Shown one piece after another: positions 19,725 to 32,000 of a stretch of 32,000 bases of DNA. The first letter of the stretch is position 1. Each line of letters begins with the position of its first letter. The DNA lies in NCBI RefSeq assembly GCF_000400465.1, contig NW_008806288.1, positions 180,001-212,000 of the forward strand, given 5' to 3'. The notes under the pieces were generated by a model. It was not told where the DNA came from and searched no databases. It was given only the letters and a program-made list of their open reading frames with translations. Both the position numbers and the translations under genes were made by a program. This stretch comes from Wallemia ichthyophaga EXF-994 (lineage: Eukaryota; Fungi; Basidiomycota).

Positions 19725-21578
19725 TCATTGAATTATTTCTCTATTCCTACGATGCAGTTTGAGTTCTCCGAAGGTGTTTTTCTGCTGCCAAGATTTGAAG
19801 GGAAGGTAGAGTGTACGTGTTAAAATGTGCGACAAAGAAGGATCGAGCATTGGGAGTGATGCTATGACATTCCAATCATCGTTTGCTGCATAATTTGGCT
19901 CAAGGAGAGAAAATGTCGTCGAACTTGAAACCAAATCGATAAGGTAGTCACAACTGTCAACATTCACGAAGCGATCCCTCTCTTGCTTATTCTGATCATT
20001 CATATTAGGTGGTATCCGTCTGATATTGTTCAGCAAGTTTGCACTGCTTCTGAATTCTTGGGGCCAATGTGCAGGCAGAATCCCATCGAATTTACTCTCA
20101 ACGAACTCAACATCTACGTACTGTGGAACGAGATACGACGAAGGGAATCTATACCAATCTTTTCCATAGCAGAGAGTGTAATGTTGTCCTTTAGGTGGCC
20201 CTGTCCTGTTAGCGAGCTCTTTTTCTGTCAACTCAAACAAGATATCAATTGGAGCATGATAGTATTGCTGCATTGCAAGAACACGCATCACTGAGACAAC
20301 TAAAGAAATTGCGATAAGTGAGCAGGTAGTCACACGTCCAACGAGGTTTCCACTTATTGACTAGTTGAGCGTGAGCGTATTGCACGAGGGTTAAATTGAT
20401 ATACTCACTACTTTAGAGGATTTTGTGAGTGTTTTCGCCACGTGTGTAAAAGCCACGGTGACGAGATTACGCAAGTAATACAATCCAACGGCTGCATTGA
20501 AACAGAGGAGGGTGTACGACGGGAACATGAATCTTTCCTCCTTATGTTGTTGGAGAGAGAGGAGAGCAAACCATCCATAGAAGGGCGCAAGCCTAATAGC
20601 TACGTAAGTCAAATGACGTCTTTCGAATAAGACAGCCAGAGGAAGTGCAGCTACTGCGAGTAAAAATACCAAATTGAAATTGAGCAGTAAGTTTAAAATA
20701 TAAAAATGAGCAGGCTCGACACCGTACAATGTCGGTCCATTCCCCGAGAAAACATTGTATTTGATGATGTTCACAGACACTGCCGTCAGTTTGCCGTAGA
20801 AGAGTGTATCGATTGCAACGACGGGTATAAAGAGTAGCGAGGAAATTGCAGCAGATTTGGTCAGGTGTTGAACGCGCTTTTTCAAGACAGGAGCACCTCC
20901 GGAATACATCAACAGCTGCTCGAGCACGAACGGAACGCTCAGTGCTAGGGAAAATGGCCAGCCAGCGATAGCACCCACTGCAAATGACATGGTAGCGAAT
21001 AAACACCTCTTCTGGCCATTTGAGGTGTGTGTTGGTGGGTATAGAGCGAAGTTGCTGGCGAGTGTAGTGGTGTAAAGAGTGAGAGAAGATGGTAGGAATG
21101 CTATAGCTGATATGTACATGCCAGCGCTACCTATCAAGAAGAGCAGTACATAGCGCCCGACTCTTGGATTCAGGTTCTTGGTTACAGACGCGTAGAATGA
21201 GGCCTCAATCAGACTTGATATGAGAGCCAAATAAGATCTTGTACCAAAAAAGGCTATTCTTTTGTCCCATTCAAAGTATGAGGTAAAGAATGCGACTGGT
21301 GAATTCAAGAGAACATAGAACCAGCTTCTGATTGAGTATTCGGGTGAATACTCCCACGTTTGAAATCCCTTTTGGTGAGTGAGGTAGTGCAATGCTTCCC
21401 AGTAGTTGTACGTTTCGTCACAGTCTGTGACTATAGAGTACATCGCACCAAGAAATCTTGCAACGAGGAGCAATCGCAGAGCCACAAAGAATGAAGGAGA
21501 CCAAGCGCTGCGTCGTTTGAGCCTACAGCGACCGCAAGCACGCAGTTAAGCTCACCCTCTTTGATCATCTTTGATCAT
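19725..21578 (-). CDS. ALG9: Alpha-1,2-mannosyltransferase Alg9 (GT22)
   Basis: DCDETYNYWEALHYL, FQTWEYSPEYSIRSW, IAFLPSS, IAGWPF, HKEERFMFP, LCYGKDWYRFPSSY. The start requires a 33-nt first intron (21523-21555). Confidence 0.94.
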
Positions 21579-21618
21579 GGTTGTTGATAGCACAAGGCCA
21601 AATAAAAAGTACATATGT

Positions 21619-24600
21619 TTAATTTAATTTAAGTAAAAAGTACGGTAATACTTTTATTGCGGTGTTTATATCATTCAATACGACACCAGAATCAATGATT
21701 TTGGTTTGTTGTGGGTACTTGTCCAATAACTCCTGCTTGATGCTGTCTAGAGATGTCATTTCAGAGTGCACAAGACGTGAATAAATGATTGGTTCTATTT
21801 TGTTTTTCAGTGAGCGTGTTCCATCGACGATGACTACTCTCCGCTCAACGAGCAAGATGTCGACAATCTCCTTGGCTCCTTTGACGCGCAGATAAGTGCA
21901 AGATTTTTGTTCAACTGTCGCATTTGTGAGTGACTTTGTAGTGTTTGTCAAGTTAGCAGTATTAAGCAAGAGCTGAGAGAATCTGTAGAAGAAGCTACTA
22001 TCGCTCATATACTCCTGTAGCCGCCTATTCAAGTCCTCTTGGACAGCTGTGTGGGGATTACTTTCACCACCAAAGTCTGCATATAAACCTTTAACAAAGG
22101 GGTTCCACCTCAAAACTACAGTGTAGCTGTCCAGGTACCCCAGCTTCACGCTCTCTGTATCGTTGGCGAGAAGCTTCATTGGAGAAATGCTCCTGCTCAA
22201 GTTATGAGCTATCATTGTAACCTTGACAAATGTCGTTAGTTGTCCTAATATCTGTGACATGCTTTGTTCTGCATCTGTTGTCGTAATTTCGATAACGTTA
22301 TTTTCATTATTGTAGTTAGTGTTACCACCGTTTTTTCTCGTCATCCGCTGAAGTATTTCACTTGGCGCTTTAGGCTTGAACGTGGCCTGTATACGACAAC
22401 CAGTCATTGGTGTCGCCCACCAGTCGAGAACCTTGAATACTGTCACTGGCTTTAGTATTTCAGCTATTGACCCATGGTTTTTTAATATAGAGCTCGTCGA
22501 CACCGCCATGTGAGGGATGAGGCGAGCCAATCTTGAACCTTTATTAGACGCTACGGCGCTGTACGGCACTAAAAATTGTTTAAGTTGTCTTTCAAGAAGA
22601 ACGTAGTTGAAACGAGCGAGTGAGTAAGCATACAGTGTTCGCATGTGATTGGTGTCCAGGAGGAGATAATCTGTACGCTTCTCATCTCCCAGTATTTTGC
22701 CTGTGTCTAGCCATCCCACGTAATCTACATGCAATTCAGTATCTTTTTCCTTCATTCCTAATAGTGCGACGTGTACTCTGGCCTCTCCAATTGCGATCGC
22801 CATTGTAAACAGAGTGTTTGAGGTTGAGTTAATTGATTCGGTTGAGTCAATTAAGTCAATTGAACAAGTTGGAAGATGCACAAACATCCAGAACCTCGCT
22901 TGTAGTTTGAGCTTACTTAATTCTCCTTTAGCGAATTTGAGTCGTCGACTACCTTTGAGATCGAGATATGAACATTTCTGCTCAATATCTTCAATAGCGA
23001 TACTCTGCCTTAGTCTGTTCACAATCTCTACCAATACAGCAGTGTTGTCAGAAATACCACCAGCCTCATTCATACGATCGAGTAGAGTCTTAATGCGAGC
23101 TGGTGCACTAGTCCCACTTTCATTAGGATCTCTCACTATAAGCCGACCAGTTGTCGGCGAGATTGACAAAATCAACTTATGGGTTTCAAAAACTTGGACA
23201 TGTAGCGTAGGGCTTACGCCAAGACCCAAAACTTCTGGTATCTGCAGCTGCACCGTATCGTCGTTGAACCACATAGAAGTTGTACATAGTGCGTTTTTGT
23301 ACCTATCTAGAAGTGCGACGCTGTGCGACGCAAGTGCCTGAAGCATTACTCGTTCAATAGATAGAGTATCAGAGTTCTTTATTGTGTTGTGTTAAATGAG
23401 AAAATTGACACTCAAGCTTAGCACTTACCAATTCCAACGACGCATAACCAACTTGCGTGTTATCATTGCGGATCCACTCTACTTGCAAACGCTGGTCAAT
23501 AATATTGTCTGCCAATGCAGTCGCTTTTAACTTGGACTTGATTTCTATGCGATTGAGTATACTCTCTACAGCATTTTGCTTCTCGTAAGGGACAGTAGCA
23601 ATTGATATGTTTAACCTTCCACTCTCGTGCTTCTGGTGCGGAGGAGGGCTTTGGCCGGGCCTAGGTTGCTGTCGTGGCCTCAGCCAATAACCAATCGAGA
23701 GATTTTTACGATCTTTAGAGAAAGACATATCTATTCTGTTCTTCCATGTCTTTCTAGTCATTTTTAGTGCTTGGGTATGCAGTATCTCCATCTTGTAGTT
23801 GAGAGAGAGGTTTGTGAGGAGGTTACACAGCCGTACTAAAGGTGCGTCACCCAATTTTGAGGACTTAGGGGGTTTGCTTGCCAATTCATCATTTGCTATG
23901 GCTAAAATTTCGTCTCTTAGGGCAAATTTAGGACTTTGAGTGTAGTCGGAAGAGTCTATATCAAATTGAACGGATAGAAGGAACCATATGTCATCGTCTG
24001 ATCTGCCTGAAAGGGTAACAGAGCAGGTAAAGAGGTTTTTAACATGAAAGTGGACGCGACCGTCTGCGATCGTATGAGGTATCTGTTTCATAGAGTTGGG
24101 GATGATCTCTTTTGTGCGTAAACGAAAACGAATAACGTCGTTGAGTTGATCGAGGTGCGAAATAACAGCTGAAGCGGGAAGAGGAGGATCAGGCTTGAAT
24201 GCTCGCTGTGGATAAACGTCAGTGGGGGTAAGTGAGAGGATGATGAAGCTCACCCTCAATCCGACAGGCAAGCCATGATAAGTGCCAGATTGTAGAACAT
24301 CAACAGCAGTGAGAATATCAGCACTTGGAACGCTTTAACGAGAGTTAGAATGAAAAGGCCAGATGAACGACGCGTATTTGGACACACCGAGCATTAGAGA
24401 AACTCATGCCAACATCTCTAAGACCTTGAATAGCAGCTTGGAAAATAAAATTCTGCCTCCAAAGCATTTCATTGATAGATCTCGCAATAGAAATCTTGTC
24501 AGAACCAGCAATCGGATCGCGCGCCCATCGCAACAACACGAGTAATTTGATTACGTGCTTCCTAGCAGAGATAGAGAAATTAACGATATTGATAGCCCTT

Positions 24601-24776
24601 TGATTTGGTTGGGCGGAAGGTAGCGTCTCAGCGAGAATGGAGAGATGATTGAAAATACTGGCAATAACCCGCTCAATGATAATAGATAAAGGAACCAAAG
24701 ACTCCGTAAGATCAGGGATTGAATTTCTACTGGCCAATTGACTGCCACCGAATTTGCCGTGATTGGCAGTCATCAT
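21619..24776 (-). CDS. MED14: Mediator of RNA polymerase II transcription subunit 14
   Basis: VPLSIIIERV...LAETLPS...RKHVIKLLVLLRWA, then AFKPDPPL...LNDVIRFRL...IADGRVHFHVKNLFTCSVTL and LNYKMEILHTQA, which is the Med14/Rgr1 N-terminal signature. Three exons. Confidence 0.88.
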
Positions 24777-24820
24777 TGAAGCCCTGGAGAAGCTTTTAAA
24801 TTCAAACGACCAAGATTAAA

Positions 24821-27004
24821 ATGCCCAAAGATAAATCGAATTCAGATAAATCAACTGGAATTAAGAAAGTAAAGGGTGAGAATTTCTACAGAGATGCTAA
24901 GAAGGCGTCCATGCTTAAGGTTTGTGCGTTGCTCGATTCTGTCACACAAAACTCATACTGCCCTCAGATGTACTCTGGCGGTAAAGCTAAGAGAGACGCT
25001 AATGGCAAAGTAATTCAATCTGCTGCCTTCCAAAAGACCGAGAAGGAGACGGAAGACGGTAGAGTTGCCCCTGATAGACGATGGTTCGGAAACACTCGCG
25101 TTATCTCACAAGACGCTCTTAATCATTTCAGAGAGAGCCTTGCCGAGAAATCTCATGACCCTTATTCGGTGGTTTTGCGTAGAAATAAGCTTCCAATGGG
25201 TTTGATTCAAGAACCAAATCTTGGGAAAGCTAAAGGTATGGCAGGTAACCATATCGTCGACACGGAACCGTTTAGTGATACTTTTGGTCCAAATGCCCAC
25301 CGCAAAAGACCAAATATCAACGTTAGCAGCTTTGAAGAGCTTGGTCAAGTTGGTGCAGGTGCTATCACTGAGGACAGACTGGATAGCTCTGCTCCAACTC
25401 CTTCACTCGACCATATCAAGAATTTAAACATGTCTGCCGCTGAAGCATCTGGCCCTATTGATCTTGACAAGGTTGACGCTGATCAAATCCCGTTCGATCT
25501 TGGTGACTTGAAGAACACCAACAGAGAAGCTGCGTATCGTAAAGGTACAAGTAAACGTATCTGGGCTGAGTTATACAAGGTTATCGACAGTTCTGACGTT
25601 ATCATACACGTCTTGGACTCTCGCGACCCTGAAGGCACTCTCTGTCACAGCGTCCTCGAGACTGTCAGAAAGGAACGTTCACACAAGCAAGTCATTCTTG
25701 TCCTTAACAAGGTCGATTTGGTTCCAACTTGGGTCACCGCTAAGTGGGTTAAGCATCTCTCAAGAACTTATCCAACCTTGGCAATGCACTCTAATATCAA
25801 TAACTCATTTGGTAAAGGCGCCCTCATTCAACTCCTCCGCCAATTTTCCGTTTTGCACTCTGACAGGAAACAAATTTCGGTTGGTTTGATTGGTTATCCT
25901 AATGTCGGAAAAAGCTCTATCATTAACACTCTCAAAAAGAAGAAAGTTTGCAATGTTGCTCCAATTCCTGGTGAAACCAAGGTCTGGCAGTATGTCGCTT
26001 TAATGAAAAGAATTTACATGATCGATTGTCCTGGTATCGTTCCAGCATCTAAAAATGACACGGATACAGACACCGTGTTGAAAGGTGTCGTTCGTGTAGA
26101 AAATTTGGCTACACCACCAGAGCATATCGGTGAACTTCTTAGAAGAGTCAGACACGAGTACCTTGAACGTACATACCAAATCAAGAAACCTGAAGATGGT
26201 GTTTGGGAGGGCGAAAGAGGTGCCCAGGATGTTTTAGAAAAGATCGCCAAGCGCACAGGCAAGCTGCTCAGAGGCGGTCAACCTGACCAAAATGCTGCCG
26301 CAAAAATGCTTCTCAATGACTGGATCAGAGGCAAAATACCGTTCTTCACTAATCCACCTGGTATCGACGCCGAGCCTGTGATCAAGACTCTTCCTGAAGA
26401 ACCTCAAGTCAAGCCTGCAGATTGGAAGGGTAAGGGTAAGGCCAATGAAAACGATGAACAGGATCCAATCGAGTCTAAGAAGTTGAAGGGTGTTAGTCAG
26501 CCTATCAAACAGATCCCAGTTGCTACCAAGTTCTTACCTGATGACGTAAAGGGACATGAAGATGCCTTTGAAGATGATGGCCAAGGTGAGCAAGCAGATG
26601 GAGATGCAGATGACGCCGTAGCTATCAACGAGGAAGATGAGATTGAAGATGAGGAAGAATACGAAGAGCCCCAATTAGAAGACATTGGATGGGATGAAGT
26701 CTTTGGTGGTAACAACGCACCAGCTGAAGAATTAGAAGTAGAATCAGCTGAAGAGGGTAGTAATGATGATGAATTCGCCAAACCAGCAAGAAAGGTCGAA
26801 TTTGCAGAGGAAGACGAAAAGAAGAAGGGCAAGGAACCACGTATGACTACGAACAAGGGTAAAAAGTCTAACTACTACACCAATGCTAACGTCAAGAACA
26901 AGAATAAGAGCAAACAAAGACCAGAACCACCAGTGGAGGAGGTTGAGAAGAAGAAACGTAAATCTGGTAGTCTTCGTAACACACAGAACAAGAAAAAGAA
27001 GTAA
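24821..27004 (+). CDS. NOG2: Nucleolar GTP-binding protein Nog2 (circularly permuted GTPase)
   Basis: [64 protein letters not shown]; acidic/basic tail. In-frame 48-nt intron near the 5' end. Confidence 0.97.
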   Translation: MPKDKSNSDKSTGIKKVKGENFYRDAKKASMLKVCALLDSVTQNSYCPQMYSGGKAKRDANGKVIQSAAFQKTEKETEDGRVAPDRRWFGNTRVISQDALNHFRESLAEKSHDPYSVVLRRNKLPMGLIQEPNLGKAKGMAGNHIVDTEPFSDTFGPNAHRKRPNINVSSFEELGQVGAGAITEDRLDSSAPTPSLDHIKNLNMSAAEASGPIDLDKVDADQIPFDLGDLKNTNREAAYRKGTSKRIWAELYKVIDSSDVIIHVLDSRDPEGTLCHSVLETVRKERSHKQVILVLNKVDLVPTWVTAKWVKHLSRTYPTLAMHSNINNSFGKGALIQLLRQFSVLHSDRKQISVGLIGYPNVGKSSIINTLKKKKVCNVAPIPGETKVWQYVALMKRIYMIDCPGIVPASKNDTDTDTVLKGVVRVENLATPPEHIGELLRRVRHEYLERTYQIKKPEDGVWEGERGAQDVLEKIAKRTGKLLRGGQPDQNAAAKMLLNDWIRGKIPFFTNPPGIDAEPVIKTLPEEPQVKPADWKGKGKANENDEQDPIESKKLKGVSQPIKQIPVATKFLPDDVKGHEDAFEDDGQGEQADGDADDAVAINEEDEIEDEEEYEEPQLEDIGWDEVFGGNNAPAEELEVESAEEGSNDDEFAKPARKVEFAEEDEKKKGKEPRMTTNKGKKSNYYTNANVKNKNKSKQRPEPPVEEVEKKKRKSGSLRNTQNKKKK

Positions 27005-27067
27005 CGATTTTGTACAAATATTATATATAGATTATCTCATTCAACTGTGTTTGCCATTCCAACGACC

Positions 27068-29152
27068 ATGTGGCTACAATCACTGAGCTGCCTTACGAGT
27101 ATATCCGACCACTTACAGACGAAATTAAAATCAGATGACAATTCAGACGCGTATCTAAAGCTGTGGATAGATTTGTTGAGGCAACTTAAAGATCTCGGAT
27201 TGGACGATAAGCAGGAAGTGCGATTGGGTACGATATCGACATTGTTCCAATCTCTGGATTTCTATGGCCATTCTCTCTCATTGCAGAGCTGGGAGGAAAT
27301 CATTTGGACCGTGATTATACCTCTGCTCGACAAGTCGCTGTCGTCTCATTGGCAAGAGTCGCTCATCTTAGCGCTGGAATCTACTGCAAATGTATTTAAG
27401 AACTACTTGCATTCAAAAATTAAGCATCTCGATTCATTCAATAGATTCTGGTCCAACTTATCAGACATCCTCACCGAGATGTTCAAAACAGCGGAATCCA
27501 AGTCAGTCAGCTTAGCTCTCAAGTCCTTCATTACAATACTGGAGGTATCTGAGAAAGGTGAAGTTAGCAGGGACGTCTATCAAGTCGGATGGAGTACCTC
27601 TCAGACTTGTTTAAGTATTATCAAATCAACCGAGGCAGTATACGCGCAGGAAAGTCTTGAGTTATTACTTAAGTTCATCAAATGCCTCTATCAATCTCAA
27701 GGCTCTTATTGGGATGATGATCGCTGCGTAGAATACATCAAGTCGATCGACTTTGTCCTCAAATACACAAACCACTCTAAAATTAGAGCTGACTTTGATA
27801 TTCTAGTGGGTTCACCTTCATCAATATTTTGAAAACCTTATTAACACGAACAGACTCCCCTCCAGAATCAGTCACTCAAGAATTTGTCAACAGTAGAGAA
27901 ACACAACGCGAGTATTACGTCGATCGTTCTCGATACTATGTCACGGTGGTCAATGTTAGCATATAATAAGGAAGCGGTGCATAATGCCAGGGTATCGTTT
28001 GTGGCATTATCCAAGCAAACCATGGCTAAATTTGCACCATTCGTCAAAGAGAATTGCATGCTTAATCAGACAGTAATTTCTAGTGGATCTCTCAATCACT
28101 CTATCAAAGTGAGTATTGCACTGGACAGCCACTCTTGGCTAACGTTGCGCAGGCACTCGGCACCCCGATGTCCATCAAATACTTGTGTCCACCTGCTAGC
28201 AAACGTGATGATAGTACTTTATGGGAAATTGCACAGGATCACTATTGCAATTATGTGCAGGTCGTGCTGGACATGTTGCAGCAGCAAAAGAGTGAGTTGT
28301 GGATGTGCGGTAAGGATGTAGCTTATTCATAACAAACAGATAGCATACGGGATGAGGATCACGCAAGTATTCTCACAAGTATGGTAAATATTATGAGTGA
28401 CAACTGTAAAGTTGATAGGTGCGTTGGATGTATGACTTTTTCTTTGTCTAATATCAGTTCAAGGCGGCTGGCGATGAATGAAAAAATCGAGCTTCAAGCA
28501 CGCTGGGAAAGACACGAGGTGAAGCTGATAAACAATTTCAAGCAGACGCTTCTGCCGCAGCTAGGTGACAAACGCATACCCCTAGCATTAACAGAAGAAC
28601 TGATCGAAACGCTCTGCAATGCAACATACCCATACCTCAATCCTGAAGACTACAATTATGGTAGTTTGATAGAGGAAATTACAAGCCCAGTGGAGAGGCT
28701 ATCGTATTATATATTTGACGTTCTTTTTCAAATCTCCCAAGAAAAACTAGGTCCAGCTGATTTAGTGGGTGTCGTACAACGATATGTTGTTGCAAGATGT
28801 ATCACATCATTCGAGCGCTACTGCTGCGATAGAAATATGCGAGGTCCTTTTCCGCTATCGAGGTTGGTGAATAGCTCATCTTCAAGACTAACCAGCTAAC
28901 GTGCACAGGTGTAGACGATACGAGATAGTCTATATTTTGAACAGTGTGTACTCGCTGCTGCTTTCGCAGAAATTGGACAAGACGTTGGTCTCACAGTTGA
29001 AACTCGCAATGGCAAAGCTGTTGGCTGTGATACACAACGATCCTTTCAATCCGCGCATAAATACACAGCCTTCCTCTATTTTCAATATTGAATCCAAGCA
29101 ATTATCACACAACATCCACCAGCTAGCATTGAATTGTTTATCGAATACATAG
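27068..29152 (+). CDS. MON2: Mon2 C-terminal half only (no DCB/HUS N-terminal region in this locus)
   Basis: LWIDLLRQL...DDKQEVRLGTISTLFQSLDFYGHSLSLQSWEEIIWTVIIPLLD and PVERLSYYIFDVLFQIS...RC...YCCDRNMRGPFPLSR-RYEIVYIL match Mon2 C-terminal motifs. Begins 63 bp after the NOG2 stop. Confidence 0.8.
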
Positions 29153-29354
29153 TGTATAGTGTACATAAATTGTTATATAAGATTAATAAAAAGCTGTAAA
29201 TAGAAAGTATTAGATGAATGAATTGTGCGTTGAATGCGATCTGAGCGAATATCTTTGTCTAAACTAACTTCCTATCTAAGTCTATGCTCAAAAGTAAGAT
29301 TAGAGTGATACTTTATTTATGCTTGCTTTGCTTGATGGTGATACTCTGCTGCAC

Positions 29355-30813
29355 TCAATAAGTTCCTAACATTCGACGCTCACCCGCCTTGAGCCAATGT
29401 GACAACCACATGGGTAGCGTCTTGCCTTCGAATGAGTGAGCGTAGCTGTGCGTGCTCCTACTATAATCTTCATGTGTACCCTGAGCTGGTACGAGAATGG
29501 GGAAATTTGAAATCCACGGATGATTAATGGCATCTGTTGCCGACAACCTTCTTGCGGAAGAGTATTGAAGGAGTCGTTCAATGAGGTCGTATACAGTAGC
29601 TATGGGCTTATAATTTGGCGTGTGCATGAATGTATTGGGCACGGGATCGGGCACTTCTGGTAAATATGGGAGGTAGTTTGAAAGGTGATTCGGGATGGGT
29701 TTGTTGAAGCTTATTTTATTGTAATCAGGTAAGGTAGCATACTCCGGCCAAGTTTCATCTGTGATAGGTCCCCTCACGCTTATTATACTAGACGCTAAAC
29801 CAATTTCACCGTAGGAAGCGTCGAACAATGTCTTCCTCGACCACCGTGATTGAGGCTGAGCATTGTGAGATGAGTCTCTGCGGTTGTGAATGTCGGGCAA
29901 GCTAGGCAGAGTGATTGGAGCGTCTAATCGAGTGAGGCCACCTTGACTTGAACTTGAAATGGAGGATGAGATGGATGATGTACTGTCAGTTCTGGGCGAC
30001 GCTGGGCATGTGTAGCTACTCAAATGAGTAAAAAAGGTTGATATAGTAACGCCTAGACTCCATAAATCTGTGCTGCGCGCATCGTAGCATCTGCTACCGA
30101 ATATAAGCTCTGGCGCTCTATATGCACCCGTTGCAAGCTCAAAAAACATGCCGCCGTTCGGATGCTCATTTTCCATACCCAGACCATCCTCATAGGCAAC
30201 ACCAAAGTCAAGGAGCTTTACACAGCCATTACCATCGAGTGCAACATTGGAGGGATTGACGTCACGATGGGCTACTCCGACCTCAGACGAATGCAAGTAC
30301 TCGACGGCGAGAAGAAGCTGATAGATGATAGACCTAGCTATGTGCGTAAATGGAGAGAATGAAGGGACGAAGTCCGGGTAAGAGAGTATCATGGATAGTG
30401 GGAGCGGTTGCAGCGGTAGAGCAAGAATGTAAATTCTATCAGACTCGTAGGCATTAAGGAGGCTGATAATGTTTGGATGGTGTGTGCGGGATAGTATAAA
30501 TGACTCCCTGAGCGCATCGTGAGGCAGCCTCTTCTTGTTGATGAAGACGTTAACAGCCTTCAGGGCGATCCAGCCATTTATACCGCCGATATTGTCATTT
30601 ACTCGTCGCTGGCACCGGTAAAGCAGTCCATGTCTGCCTTCCGTCAGCGGCTCAAGAGTGTCCTTTGTTTAGTCGTGAGAAAACGACCAAGTGCGGAAAT
30701 GTACAAACCTCGTCTATAGCTAAGCCATTGCCTTTAAGAATACCCATTGCAATTAAAGTCTGTGGATTAGCATCGTTTAGATCGCTACCGGCAATCAATG
30801 ATGTTGAGCTCAT
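29355..30813 (-). CDS. CMGC kinase, Cak1/Csk1-like CDK-activating kinase
   Basis: IALK...RLPHDALRESFIL...HPNIISLL, AHRDVNPSN, KLLDFG, ATGAYRAPELIFG, DLWSLG. Degenerate Gly loop (EGRHGLLY). Intron after ...AIDE. Confidence 0.75.
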
Positions 30814-30946
30814 CAGCGTGTGGGCATAACGAACAAATTGCCTTGAATTGGTGATCAAAGTGTTATTTTGCTAAGATACATTTGTATTGGCTTTACATTC
30901 TAAACTTATTCGATGCATTTAAACTCATCCGTGCCTTTCAGCGTGC

Positions 30947-32000
30947 CTATGGCTTTAGACTGCCGACGTCACACGACGAGGCTTTTCCGTCTATCATAAT
31001 CTCACTCAGTACCTTACCAGTACCTGTATGTGCGTGAGCTTAAGATTACCCATTTACGCCAAAACCCACCAACTCCAAGTGTTATTCCCCATACTGTTTC
31101 AGATATCAGTCATTGCGATAATAGAATATCAGGTAGTTACTCACCCGCATGGCCAGCTCCAATAAAGACTCCATCACTCACCTTTCCAACTATTGGAGAA
31201 TGTGATGCTGATATTGGCAAGTAGCACGCTTGTTCCTTTTCAACAGACATTGAGCTGTCGAAGTAATCCGATATCAATGCCGATTGTGATTTGAGGTCTG
31301 CGATGGCGGATTTTGATGGTACTACTTTAGACGCATCTTCGGGGAGAGGAACTGTGTCGGAAGCACCACAAATATATGCTGTGCCTTGAGGTCTGCAGTA
31401 GATCTCTGGCTCGTGGGTCGTCGTTCTCTCCTTCACCATAGTGAATAGACAGTGGTCAGTGAGTGTTTTGCCCTGGCTTGGCCTAACGATTATAGAGTGC
31501 GCTCTCTGTCCTGTCACGCTGCACTTTCTTGCTTCTGCTGGTGACAGTAGCTTCTGTGCGAGTCTGCCTGTCCATGGGCCAGCTTTGAGGCTTTAAGCAT
31601 AGAAAAAAAGCCAACTGCAATACCCACCTGCTAAGACGACATCAGTTGCAGGTATTTCAACAGAGTTACCCTCTTTCGTCTGCGCTCGAACCGAGAAGAT
31701 ATTGCCATCGTTGTCTCGATTGACCTGCTCAGCTGACGCGATTACCACATCTGCTTTACTCAGTTCAGCGAGAGTTTGAACCAGAGGTTCTGGTGTAACT
31801 TGTGCTGTGCTTGGTGGTGTACCGAGAACGCTGCACTTGTCAACGACCTTGTCACTCAGCCAATGAGCGCCCTTCTTTTTTGCATCATCCACTTTGCCTT
31901 TCTTTGGGCCAACTTGACCCATAAGGCTGAGTGCGTTGACAGGCCTGTATTCCCAGTTGTTGACACCGTCGTACTCATCGGAGAGCTGCTTGTGCAAGCT
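30947..32000 (-). CDS. FAD-dependent oxidoreductase, DAO family (Tda3-like), 5'-partial
   Basis: TAQVTPEPL, DVVLAGG, RAHSIIVRP, EPEIYCRP, QACYLP, IGAGHAVWGITLGVGTGKVLSEI...LKP*. Confidence 0.85.

Noticed and set aside
22814-23341. 175-aa plus-strand ORF antisense to MED14, and similar shadow ORFs over BRE1, NOG2, ALG9 and the lipase
   Set aside because: Fully nested antisense or alternate-frame ORFs within well-supported genes, with low-complexity translations and no independent evidence.

Overview
Very gene-dense, intron-rich fungal DNA with mostly ~42-55 nt introns and intergenic gaps often under 100 bp. The protein sequences look basidiomycete, and the compaction suggests a Wallemia-like genome (inference only). 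Conserved genes in order: BRE1 (5'-partial), TRM11, a NIMA/Kin3-type kinase, an HSL-like alpha/beta hydrolase, a UPF0643-like protein, LTO1, then PNS1, ALG9, MED14, NOG2, a MON2 C-terminal half only, a Cak1/Csk1-like kinase and a DAO-family FAD oxidoreductase (5'-partial). Between LTO1 and PNS1 lies a ~5.7 kb island (12.0-17.7 kb) with three intron-containing tRNA genes (two identical Phe-GAA, one Ile-AAT) and five pieces of non-LTR retrotransposon: two carry ORF2 3' sequence (one with a complete RNase H), one is an ORF1 (gag-like) remnant and two are 3'-UTR stubs. Each tRNA has retroelement sequence just upstream, with the element 5' end facing the tRNA 5' end. At both Phe genes the nearer element's 5' junction is 205-206 bp upstream, and an older 3'-end remnant is stacked directly behind it. 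This points to position- and orientation-specific targeting upstream of tRNA genes by a fungal LINE-like family with (TCA)n/(TCTA)n tails, and is the main finding. Other leads: a candidate ~390-nt structured ncRNA upstream of TRM11, a MON2 half-gene in frame with NOG2 behind a single stop codon, and a spliced 74-aa microprotein whose 3' end overlaps LTO1.
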